From contig CM082593.2 of assembly GCA_040954595.2 (NCBI GenBank), forward strand, positions 10,239,200-10,303,199: 64,000 nucleotides of DNA, read 5' to 3'. Under the pieces are notes generated by a model. That model searched no databases. It was not told where the DNA came from and saw nothing but the letters and a program-made list of their open reading frames with translations. The stretch comes from Balanoglossus misakiensis (taxonomy: Eukaryota > Animalia > Hemichordata). Of this stretch, positions 14,984-26,340 are shown in pieces (position 1 is the stretch's first letter; each line of letters opens with the position of its first letter). The position numbers and the translations under genes were made by a program.

Positions 14984-16507
14984 GGTCCCATTGGTATAGG
15001 CCTATATACCATGGGACCTTATGGGATGGGTTGCGTCTGTATGTATGTATGGATGGATGGATGGATGGATGGATGGATGGATGTATGTATGGATGTATGT
15101 CTGTATGTCCGTCCACATCAAAAACTTGAAAACCGCTGCGCGTATCACCTCAATATTTGGTGTGTAGGTGCAGGCAGGGCTGTAGATGGGAGTTTGGCCA
15201 AACGAAGTTGCCAGGCCCAAAAATATGCAAATTAGCTTGTAAAATGTGAAATTTATCAAAACTCTGTAAGTCAACAATTACTGGTCAGATTGCTTTGAAA
15301 ATTGGTATGCATGTACCTTATGTCAACCTCACACCGACCTGTAAGTGTTAAGTTGATATCATGGATGTTTTATTTTTTATGAATTTTTTAGTCTTTTTAT
15401 TAAATTTATACCTTTACTTATACCTCTGTGGTTAAGCTATGTCCACGTCTTATTTTGGAATTCTGGTCTGTGCAATAGTCCTGTACAGTGACTGTCTATT
15501 GGTCAGTGAGCACAATGGGGCCAAAATAAAAGGCAAATTTTTGGGCTCACCTGTGACACCTGCTTAACACATTAATTATGTGCATACCTAATTCCGGGCT
15601 AACTAATAGGGCTAGAGGTTTCGTTCTTGTGGGACATGGACCAGTATAGGGTCAAAATTTCTTGCCAAAATTTTGGGTGACCTCAGGTGACCTTTGACCT
15701 ACTTTCCTATATCTCGGCATCCAGAGCAGGTACAGACTTGGCGTTTGGAGGGTTGGGACTAAAATTGAAAAGCCAAAATATGGGTCACCTGTGACACCTG
15801 CATATCTCATTAATTATGTGCATACCTCATTCCGGGCTAACCAATAGGGCTATAGGTTTGGTTTTTGTTGAACATGGACCAGTATAGGGTCAAAATTTCT
15901 TGCCCAAATTTTGCATGACCTCAGGTGACCTTTGACCTACTTTTCCATATCTTGGCATCCAGAGCAGGTACAGACTTGGCGTTTGGAGGGTTGGGACTAA
16001 AATTGAAAAGCCAAAATTGGGGGTCACCTGTGACACCTGCATATCTCATTAATTATGTGCATACCTAATTCCAGGCTAACCAATAAGGCTTTAGGTTTGG
16101 TTTTTGTTGAACATGGACCAGTATAAGGTCAAAATTTCTTGCCCAAATTTTGCATGACCTCAGGTGACCTTTGACCTACTTTATCATATCTTGGCATCCA
16201 GAGCAGGTACAGACTTCGCATTTGGAGGGTTGGGACTAAAATTGAAAAGCCAAAATTGGGGTTCACCTGTGACACCTGCATATCTCATTAATTATGTGCA
16301 TACCTAATTCCAGGCTAACCAATAGGGCTATAGGTTTGGTTTTTGTTGAACATGGACCAGTATAGGGTCAAAATTTCTTGCCCAAATTTTGCATGCCCTC
16401 AGGTGACCTTTGACATACTTTTCCATATCTTTGCATCCAGGGCAGATATGCTTATTGCTATGTTGCTATGTGCTATGTCCTCAAATGGGACCACAGTGTC
16501 CTTGACG
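14984..16507 (+). mobile_element. Non-autonomous Helentron/HINE (DINE-1-like) element inserted in satellite A
   Basis: 5' hairpin GGTCCCATTGGTATAGGCCTATATACCATGGGACC, then (ATGT/ATGG)n microsatellite at ~15040-15105, internal ~239-bp tandem repeats and a 3' sub-terminal ATGGGACC at ~16485. The satellite resumes in register after it; CTCTTGTTA lies on both sides. Confidence 0.75.
15543..16440. repeat. ~239-bp core tandem repeat (about 3.8 copies) inside the HINE-like element
   Basis: TCACCTGTGACACCTGC at 15547, 15785, 16024 and 16263. Confidence 0.9.
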
Positions 16508-17770
16508 CTCTTGTTAAAAAGCACATCAGTCATGATTTTGTTAACATGAGTTTTATTGCTGCCAGGACATACACCAAATATTTTGATAATTTTGGCAATG
16601 ACTCTTGATCTACTTGGATATGTCTCTTGTTAAAAAGCACAACAGTCATTATTTTGTTCACATGAGTTTTATTGCTGCCAGGACATAACCTAAATATTTT
16701 GATAATTATGGCAATGACCCTTGAACTACTTGGATATGTCTCTTGATAAAAAGCCCAACAGTCATTATTTTGTTCACATGAGTTTTATTGCTGCCATGAC
16801 ATAACCCAAATATTTTGATAATTTTGGCAATGACCCTTGAACTACTTGGATATGTCTCTTGTTAAAAAGCACAACAGTCATTATTTTGTTCACATGAGTT
16901 TTATTGCTGCCAGGACATAACACAAATATTTTGATAATTTTGGCAATGACCCTTGATCTACTTGGATATGTCTCTTGTTAAAAAGCACAACAGTCATTAT
17001 TGTGTTCACATGAGTTTTATTGCTGCCAGGACATAACCAAAATATTTTGATAATTTTGGCAATGACCCTTGATCTACTTGGAGATGTCTCTTTTTAAAAA
17101 GCACAACAGTCATGATTTTGTTTACGTGACTACTATTGCTGCCAGGACATAACCGAAATATTTTGATAATTTTGGCAATGACCCTTGATCTACTTGGAGA
17201 TGTCTCTTTTTAAAAAGCACAACAGTCATGATTTTGTTTACGTGACTACTATTGCTGCCAGGACATAACCGAAATATTTTGATAATTTTGGCAATGACCC
17301 TTGATCTACTTGGATATGTCTCTTGTTAAAAAGCACAACAGTCATGATTGTGTTTAAATGAGTTTTATTGCTGCCAGGACATAACCCAAATATTTTTATA
17401 ATTTTGGCAATGACTCTTGATCTACTTGGATATGTCTCTTGTTAAAAAGCACAACAGTCATGATTGTGTTCACATGAATTCTATTGCTGTCAGGACATAA
17501 CCCAAATATTTTGATAATTTTGGCAATGACCCTTGATCTACTTGGATATGTCTCTTGTTAAAAGCACAACAGTCGTGATTTGTTCACACAAGTACTACTG
17601 CTGCCAGGGCATAACCCAAATATTTTGATAATTTTTGCAATGACCCTTGATCTACTTGGGTATGTCTCTTGTCAAAAAGCACAGCAGTCATGATTTTGTT
17701 CACATGAGTTTTATTGCTGCCAGGACATAACCCAAATATTTTGATAATTTTGGCAATGACCCTTGATCTA
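16508..17770. repeat. Satellite A continuation and array end
   Basis: Same 116-bp monomer; the array stops at ...TTGATCTACATTTCCAAAAC. Confidence 0.95.
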
Positions 17771-19830
17771 CATTTCCAAAACTTGGTATGCACAGCAGAT
17801 ACAGCTTTTAAATTTAGAGGACCGGAACACCTAATGAAATACATGTATTAACCTTAACACAATAATTATGTATATAAGCTATTTAAAGTTAACCAATAAA
17901 GCGTAGAAGTCTGCTTGTTGTTGGACACTGATCAGTTTGGTATCAAATTTTGTTGGCACATTTTGCATCACCTCTGGCGTACTTTACCATTTCTAGGCAT
18001 CCACAGCAGATACAGCCTTCACTTTCTGTTGGAACCATGCTAACCACTTTGGCCACTCCAATGCTGCTTGTAGCTCTAATTGTCTTCTTAATGGCAGCCA
18101 TATTGGATTTTCTAATAACTTTTAAAAGTTGACATTTTCATAAACTACAGGGCCAATCAAATTGTAGTTTACTGTAGGGTTGAAAGTTTGACAAAAATAT
18201 CATTAGTGGTCATGTGACTTTGGGTGCCTTATTAGATTTTTTAAAAATCTCATTAAAAAATTACAAAAAATCTTTTTCTAATCAAGTTTTCAAGTGAATT
18301 GTGATTGGTGTAACCTTATCAGAGCTAAATTGGATTTTCTGAACCCCGATTAAAAACTAAAATTCCCTATTTCTAGCCTACTCATTGAAAGCACACAATT
18401 TCCTTATATGGATACGAGTCACCATATGATTAGAATACGTTACATATTTTGGCAACTTTCACATGTTCTTTGATCCATACTGTGCAGTTAAAAGTTTGAC
18501 AATAATATCGTTAGCAGCCATGTGACTTTGAATGCCTTATTGGAATTTTGAAAAAACTCATAAAAAATTCAAACAGACGTTTTCTAATCAAGTTTTCAAG
18601 TGAAATGTGATTGGTGTTACCTTATTGGAGCCAAATTGGATTTCTCTGAACACTGATTAAAAACTAAGATTTCCTATTTCTAGCCTACTCATTGAAAACA
18701 AACAAATTAATTTTTGCCAGCAATTTGTTGGCAACTCTCGCATGTCCTTTGACCCAGTAATTCCAGAACTTAATTTTATGTGGATATGGCTCTTGTTAAA
18801 AAGCATAACAGTCTTGATTGTGGTCACATGAGTTTTATTGCTGCCAGGACTTAACCCAAATATTTTGATAATTTTGGCAATGACCCTTGATCTACTTGGA
18901 TATGTCTCTTGTTAAAAGCACAACAGTCATGATTTGTTCACACAAGTACTACTGCTGCCAGGGCATAACCCAAATATTTTGATAATTTTGGCATTGACCC
19001 TTGATCTACTTGGGTATGTCTCTTTTTAAAAAGCACAACAGTCATGATTTTGTTCACATGAGTTTTATTGCTGCCAGGACATAACCCAAATATTTTGATA
19101 ATTTTGGCAATGACCCTTGATCTACATTTCCAAAACTTGGTATGCACAGCATATACAGCTGTTAAATTTAGAGGACCGGAACACCTAATGAAGTACATGT
19201 ATTAACCTTAACACAATAATTATGTATATAAGCTATTTAAAGTTAACCAATAAAGCGTAGAAGTCTGCTTTTTGTTGGACACTGATCAGTTTGGTATCAA
19301 ATTTTAGCTTACTTTACCATTTCTAGGCATCCACAACAGATACAGCCTTTGCTTTCTGTTGGAACCATGCTAACCGCTTTGGCCACTCCAATGCTACTTT
19401 TAGTTTTAATTGTCTTCTTCATGGCGGCCATATTGGCTTTTCTAATAAGCTTTAAAAGTTGAAATTTTCATAATCTACAGGGCCAATCAAGTTCTAATTT
19501 ACTGTGCGATTGAAAGTTTGACAAAAATATCATTAGTGGTCATGTGACTTTTGTTGCCTTATGGATTTTTTAAAAATCTCATTAAAAAACTTCAAAAATC
19601 TTTTTCTAATCTAGTTTTCAAGTGAATTGTGATTGGCTAAACCTTATTGGAGTCAAATTGGATTTTCTGAACAACGATTTAAAACTAAGATTTCCTATTT
19701 CTGGCCTACTCATTAATTATTCGTGGATATGCCTCTTGTTGAAAAGCACAATGGTGATGATTTTTTTCACACGAATAGTACTGCTGCCAGGACATAACCC
19801 AAATTTTTTGATAACATTGGCATTGAACTT
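17420..19830. repeat. ~1354-bp tandem duplication containing 2-3 satellite A monomers plus element-derived flank
   Basis: Near-identical ORF-track entries at 17584 and 18938 (offset 1354). CATTTCCAAAACTTGGTATGCACAGCA occurs at ~17771 and ~19125. A degenerate monomer lies at ~19720-19830. Confidence 0.85.
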
Positions 19831-20004
19831 TGAAGTTTGGCACCTGTATTCTTTTCTGAATATCTTATGGCGCCTAGACTAATAGCACTAGAGGTTTGGT
19901 TTTTGATGTATATGGACAAGTATGGGACTTAGCTTTTTTTAGGGGCACAAGCCTATCGGGCTTGTGCCCCTATTGGTATTGTTGGAATTTTTCTTCTTCT
20001 TATT

Positions 20005-21250
20005 AGGGGCACAAGCCTATCGGGCTTGTGCTCCTATTGGTATTGTTGGAATATTTCTTTATTATTATTATTCTTCTTCCGAGAAATATGTCATGGTAGA
20101 TCTGGAAAACCGCAGCACCTAGGGGGCTGAAACTTGGTAGGGTGGTAGGGGCCAATGAGTAGACGTGCAGTGGCTCGTGAATATTTAATTAGTCACGTGA
20201 CCTGGCGGCCATATTGGATTTCCTGAAAATCGTTAAACGAGTCCTTCTCAAAAACCACTGGGCCGATCGAGTTCAAATTTGGTGTGCAGGTAGCCTACCT
20301 TCTGTCCATCATTTTACCCCATTGAAATCATGACGTCACACATAAAGTTTTTTTGCTACAATTGTTTTTCTGAAAAACTACTTAAAACTTTAAAAATCTT
20401 CTTCTCCAGAACTAGCGGTTACCGAGTCACGGGATTTGGGATATGTGGTCACCTAACCTATGTCTATCAAGTTTGCGAAGCGCACTGTGATTGGTCGATC
20501 ATTATGGCGGCCATGTTGGATTTTCGGAAAACCATTGAAAAGTGAAAATTCCGTTTTGTAGCCAAAATGTTGACAGCAGGGAAATTCTTTTTTTGGATAT
20601 GAGTCATCATATGACCGGAAGTTGTCACAATTTTTCTGGGCAATTTTCACATGACCTTTGACCCAGTTTTGCAACAACTAATTTTATATGCATATTCCCC
20701 ATACCTCCTCTTGTCAAAGCACCACAGTCATGAATTTTGTGGACATGGGTACCAATGCTGCCAGGACATGGCACAAATATTTTGGTAATTTTGGCAATGA
20801 CCCTTGACCTATTTCTGAAACATCATTTTTCTGCATATCTAATTCCAGGCTAACCAATAGGGCTAGAGGTTTGGTTTTAGTTGGACATGGCCCACTCTGG
20901 GGTCAAAATTTTATGCCCAAATTTTGGGTGACCTTGGATGACCTTTGATCTACTTTCCCATATCTCAGCATCCACAGCAGTTAGAGTCCTGGCTTTTGGG
21001 GGGCAGATGGAGCACATATGGAGTCTTACACAAGACCTCATTAATTATGCGCATACCTTATTCTAGGCGAACCAATAGAGCTAGGGGTCTTGTTTCTAGA
21101 CTTGATTTTTTTGCCCAAATTTGGGGTGACCTCAGGTGACCTTTGACCTACTTTCCCAAATCTTGGTATCCCCAGCAGATACAGCCTTGGCATTTGCTGG
21201 TCACCATGGGAACCGCTTGTGCCCCGCCAACGCTGCTTGCAGCTTTAATT
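20005..21250 (+). mobile_element. HINE-like element, complete nested copy of the same family
   Basis: Same head hairpin at 20005 and an (ATT/TTC)n tract. The body is highly similar to 22413-23617, and the 3' end is GCTTGTGCCCCGCCAACGCTGCTTGCAGCTTTAATT. Confidence 0.75.
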
Positions 21251-21253
21251 ATT

Positions 21254-22412
21254 ACGGGCCCAAGCCAAGCCAGGCTTGGGCCCGTATTGGTTTCGTTGGG
21301 GTTTTTCTTTCTTTCTTTCTTTATTCTTGGTTCATTTCTTTCGCGCGCTAGATCTCAGACACCGCTGCAGGTACAGTTCTCAAACTTGCTACAGTGGTCA
21401 AGGTCAATGAGTAGATGTGCAGTGACTTGCGAATACTTAATTAGTCACGTGACATGGCGGCCATATTGGATTTTCTGAAAAAATGCAAATCTCAGATCTC
21501 AGAAACTACAAGTCAGATCGACTACAGATTTGGCGTGCTGGTAGTATACCCTCTGCCCATCATTTTTGTAATTGGATATTTTGCTGTCAATGTTGCAGTT
21601 TTTTTGCTACAGTTGTTTTTCTGAAATCTGGTCAAAATTTCAAAAATCTTCTTCTCCAGAACCGGCGATAACCGAGTCACGCCGTTTGGGTTATGTGGTC
21701 ACCTAACTGATGTCTATCAAGTTTGCGAAGATCATTGTGATTGGTCAAAGATTATGGCGGCCATATTGAATTTTCGAAAAACCATAGTAAAACTTCAAAA
21801 ATCTTCTCCTCCAGAACGGGCGATAACCGAGTCACAAGATTTGGTGTGTGTGGTCATTAAACGGATGTCTATCAAGTTTGCGAAGGGGAATGTGATTGGT
21901 TGAAGATTATGGCGGCCATATTGGATTTTGTGAAAAACGATTAAAAAGTCAAAATTCCTTTTCTAGCCTAAAAATTGATAGCACAGAAATTATTTTTATG
22001 GATATGAATCATCATATGACAAGAATAAGCTATAAATATTTTTGTAATTTTGGCAATGACCTTTGACCTACTTTTGACGAATCATTTTTCTGCATATCTA
22101 ATTCCAGGCTAACCAATAGGGCTATAAGTTTGGTTTTTGATGTATGTGGATTTGTATGTGATCAAAACATTTTGCTACTTTTCATGACCCCTTTGACCTC
22201 TGGTGACCTCATTAAATATGCGCATACCTAATTAATGATGAACCAATAGACCTAGAGGTTTTGTTTTTGTTATACATGGACCAGTATGGGGTCAAAATAT
22301 TTTGCCCAAATGTTGGGTGACCTCGGGTGACCTTTGACCTACTTAACACTATATTAGCATCAGATCAGATAATAGAGCTTGGGCCCGGACAATGCTGCTT
22401 GCAGCTTTAATT
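21254..22412 (+). mobile_element. HINE-like element, related second family
   Basis: Head hairpin ACGGGCCCAAGCCAAGCCAGGCTTGGGCCCGT, (TTTC)n tract and 3' end GCTTGGGCCCGGACAATGCTGCTTGCAGCTTTAATT. Confidence 0.72.
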
Positions 22413-24064
22413 ATTATTATTATTATTCCGAGAAATATGTCATTGTAGATCTGGAAAACCGCAGCACCTAGGGGGCCGAAACTTGGTAGGGTGGTAGGGG
22501 CCAATGAGTAGATGTGCAGTGGCTCGTGAATATTTAATTAGTCACGTGACCTGGCGGCCATATTGGATTTCCTGAAAATCGTTAAACGAGTCCTTCTCAA
22601 AAACCACTGGGCTGATCGAGTTCAAATTTGGTGTGCAGGTAGCCTACCTTATGTCCATCATTTTAACCTATTAAAATCATGACGTCATGCATAAAGTTTT
22701 TTTGCTACAATTGTTTTTCTGAAAAACAACTTAAAACTTTAAAAATCTTCTTCTCCAGAACCAGCGATTGCCGAGTCACGGGATTCGGGGTATGTGGTCA
22801 CCTAACCTATGTCTATCAAGTTTGCGAAGCGCACTGTGATTGGTCGATCATTATGGCGGCCATGTTGGATTTTCGGAAAACCATTGAAAAATGAAAATTC
22901 CGTTTTGTAGCCAAAATGTTGACAGCACGGAAATTCTTTTTTTGGATATGAGTCATCATATGACCGGAAGTTGTCACAATTTTTCGGGGCAATTTTCACA
23001 TGACCTTTGACCCAGTTTTAAAACAACTAATTATATATGCATATTCCCCATACCTCCTCTTGTCAAAGCACCACAGTCATGAATTTTGTGGACATGGGTA
23101 CCAATGCTGCCAGGACATGACACAAATATTTTGGTAATTTTGGCAATGACCCTTGACCTATTTCTGAAACATCATTTTTCTGCATATCTAATTCCATGCT
23201 ACCCAATAGGGCTAGAGGTCTGGTATTGGTTGGACATGGCCCACTCTGGGTTCAAAATTTTATGCCCAAATTGTGGGTGACCTTGGATGACCTTTGATCT
23301 ACTTTCCCATATCTCAGCATCCAGAGCAGTTAGAGCCCTGGCTTTTATGGGGATTGAGCACATAATGGAGTCTTACACAAGACTTCATTAATTATGTGCA
23401 TACCTAATTGCAGGCGAACCAATAGGGCTAGGGGTCTGGTTTTTTGTTGGATCTAGACTAGTATGGGGTCCAATTTTTTTGCCCAAATTTGGGGTGACCT
23501 CAGGTGACCTTTGACCTACTTTCCCATATCTTGGTATCCCCAGCAGATACAGCCGTGGCATTTGCTGGTCACCATGGGAACCGCTTGTGCCCTGCCAACG
23601 CTGCTTGCAGCTTTAATGTTACATTTGGAATCCACTGGACCAATGTTGAGCTTATTAAATATGTGAATAACTAATGCTGAGCTTACCTATATTGTTACAG
23701 GTTGAATTTTTTATTAACATGCTCTACTATTGGACTTAATCTGAATTTCTTGACCAATGATAACCTTCAAATTTTGAGGGCTGGAACACCTAATTACCAG
23801 GTTAACCAATAGAGCCAGAAGTCTTGTTTTCATTTTATGCTGATTATTTTGGAAGAAAACATTGTTGACAATTTTGGGTGAGCTCTTGGTGACCTTTGAT
23901 CAGCTTTCCTATTTACATAGCAGATACAGCATTGGCACTCTCTGGTATCCATAGGAACTGCTTTGACCTAGCCAATGTTGGTTGCACCTTAATTGCACCG
24001 CAGTATGTTGGTTTGGGCGAGCTTGCCACATTAATCCTATCATTATCATTGATTTTATTGAGTT

Positions 24065-24680
24065 CATGTTTTTAATTCTTTCATTCTTTTTTTTTCTGTA
24101 GGTCCCACCGGTACTCTTCTTCTTCTCTCTCTCTCTTTCTTTTTTTCTTTTTCCTCTTCTTTCTTTTCTCTTTTTTTTTTCCTTTTTTTTTCTTTAGGCC
24201 CCAATGGTAACACCATAATCAACCTACTAACGTAAAATTTGATGGATGGAGAGAGCGGAGTGTCAACCATAGTCAACCTACTAATATAAACTTTGATGGA
24301 GGATGGATGGAGCGTCAACCATAGTCAACCTACTAATATAAACTTTGATGGATGGATGGATGGAGCGGAGCGTCAACCATAGTCAACCTACTAAAATATA
24401 AACTTTGATGGATGGATGGTGCCGTGGAGCGTCAACTTAAATGATGGAGAAGTGGAAGGATGGAGAAGTGGAGTTTTTTTCTCTGTTTTTTCCTCTTTTT
24501 TTCCTGTAGGGCTCACTGGTAACACCATAATCAACCTACTAACGTAAAATTTGATGGATGGATGAAGCGGCGTGTCAACCATAGTCAACCTACTAATATA
24601 AACTTTGATGGATGGATGGATGGAGCATCAACCTAAAGGATGGAGAAGTGGAAGAATGGAGAAGTGGAGTTTCAACATAA
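24065..24680. repeat. Pyrimidine-rich tract plus ~50-60-bp minisatellite with embedded (GGAT)n
   Basis: TCAACCATAGTCAACCTACTAATATAAACTTTGATGGATGG is repeated several times; the block ~24205-24480 is partly repeated at ~24515-24670. Confidence 0.8.
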
Positions 24681-24799
24681 TATCCTATTGACCGAAATTA
24701 TTAGTTAGAGTAATATAGACATACAAAACGAGGTGATCGTAATATAAAACTTAATAGTCCAATAAATCGGGTTAATAATTGGTAGTGATTACTTGTTTT

Positions 24800-25630
24800 A
24801 AAATTAGGTTAACAGCAATGGCTTTGTGCAGGGTATGATAATAGGTTCTGAAATGTGTATGGTATAATAACGGTGAACAAATTTGAATTTGGTTTAATAA
24901 AAGGGTTAAAAATGTGATGATGGTTTTATGGTAAAATTGGAGTGTACACAGGTTATAAAGGGGTAACAGTGGTTGCTTGTATGAAGGTAATGATAATAGG
25001 GTAACAAATGTGACTGGTATAAAAAATGTATAATAACGGGTTCATAATATGATGATGGCTTGTGTACACAGGTTATAATGGGTATATGAATGAGAAGGGT
25101 ATAATAATGGTAATAGGGTAACAAATGTGACTGGTATAAAAAGGTATAATAACGGGTTCACAATATGATGATGGCTTGTGTACACAGGTTATAATGGGTA
25201 TATGAATGAGAGGGGTATAATAATGGTAATAACTGTGTCAGGTTTAATAAGGGTAGCAATTGTGCAAGGGTATAATAACGATTAATAATTGTGGTGATGG
25301 CTTATGGTGATATTAAGTATAAAAGGGTGTTTAATATTGATGGTGATGATAAAGGTATAATAATGATAAATCGTTAAATAAGTGTCCAGGGTCTAATAAT
25401 CATGTTGGTTCATTCATTGGTTAATGTGAATATTTTATGAATAACATGCTATTATTTCTCAGATAGATAATACTCGTCAGCATCGTTATTCGGTGGAATT
25501 TCTCGCAACGGTACCCGTGATTGTATTCGCGCATCGACACATTGTACGCGACAGACATGCAGAAAATGTTAGCACAATGTTAGGTTAGCTTAACCTCCCC
25601 ACCCCATCCAAATTCCAAATTTAGCTTAGA
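24800..25630 (+). repeat. Dispersed repeat, diverged direct copy of ~43930-44555
   Basis: Shared ATTGTACGCGACAGACATGCAGAAAAT and CCTCCCCACCCCATC(C/A)AAATTCCAAATTTAGCTT. An internal ~117-bp tandem duplication lies at ~24990-25210. Confidence 0.75.
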
Positions 25631-26340
25631 TCATGGGGTGAGAGGAGGAGAGGACAGTTTTTTTCCCTCTTTTGTAATTGGTATGAGGTTTTTTAACTGC
25701 CCTTTAGGCGCGTAAATTAAATATGTTATCATACATGTAGTTATCTTGCTTTATTTTAAAACAATTGTGAATGAGCTCTGCGAGATTATGTACACGATAG
25801 TGTGTTATATAATGCTAAGGTAAAAGTAAATTTAACCCACTAACCCATCACACTATTGTGTGCATAATTAGCAGATGCTATTTTGACTAGCCCATTGTTC
25901 AACCAAATGACACCTTGTTTCAAAAAGAGCTGAAACTATATTGGTTAATTTCTTTCAGTTTAACCACATGACACATTGCTTCAAATTGGCCTGCAAGATA
26001 TGCTACTTGAACTCCCCCCCCCCCCCCAAAAAAAAAAAAATTAGGGATTAATCACTCGCTATATTATGAACATTCACATGAAAATTATGCAACCAAATTA
26101 AAGGTATTCTGGAGGCGTCTTCTGATGTCAGGTGGTTCAAATCCACCGATACCTAAGCTGGAAACATAACTTTTCATTGGTGTTCATGTATGGCGAATAA
26201 AACACGCATATTCGTATTATCATATTTCAGAAATGAACGAATTGAATAAGATTCTTTTCGATATGTCACTATAAACTTTAATCCCATTTCACCCACTTTA
26301 CTTAAAATGTAATGTTTAAATAGCAAAGAAGTAATCACTA

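Larger units (their letters stand above)
19941..23617 (+). mobile_element. HINE-like element (outer copy) split by two nested insertions
   Basis: Head hairpin AGGGGCACAAGCCTATCGGGCTTGTGCCCCT at 19941. The body resumes at ~22413 ((ATT)n CCGAGAAATATG) and ends GCTTGTGCCCTGCCAACGCTGCTTGCAGCTTTAAT at ~23617. Confidence 0.7.

Noticed and set aside
1-17770. CRISPR-like array
   Set aside because: Head-to-tail monomers with no unique spacers, no cas genes and a eukaryotic context.
24064-24318. Lys/Glu-rich 84-aa ORF
   Set aside because: Translation of a low-complexity pyrimidine tract and minisatellite.
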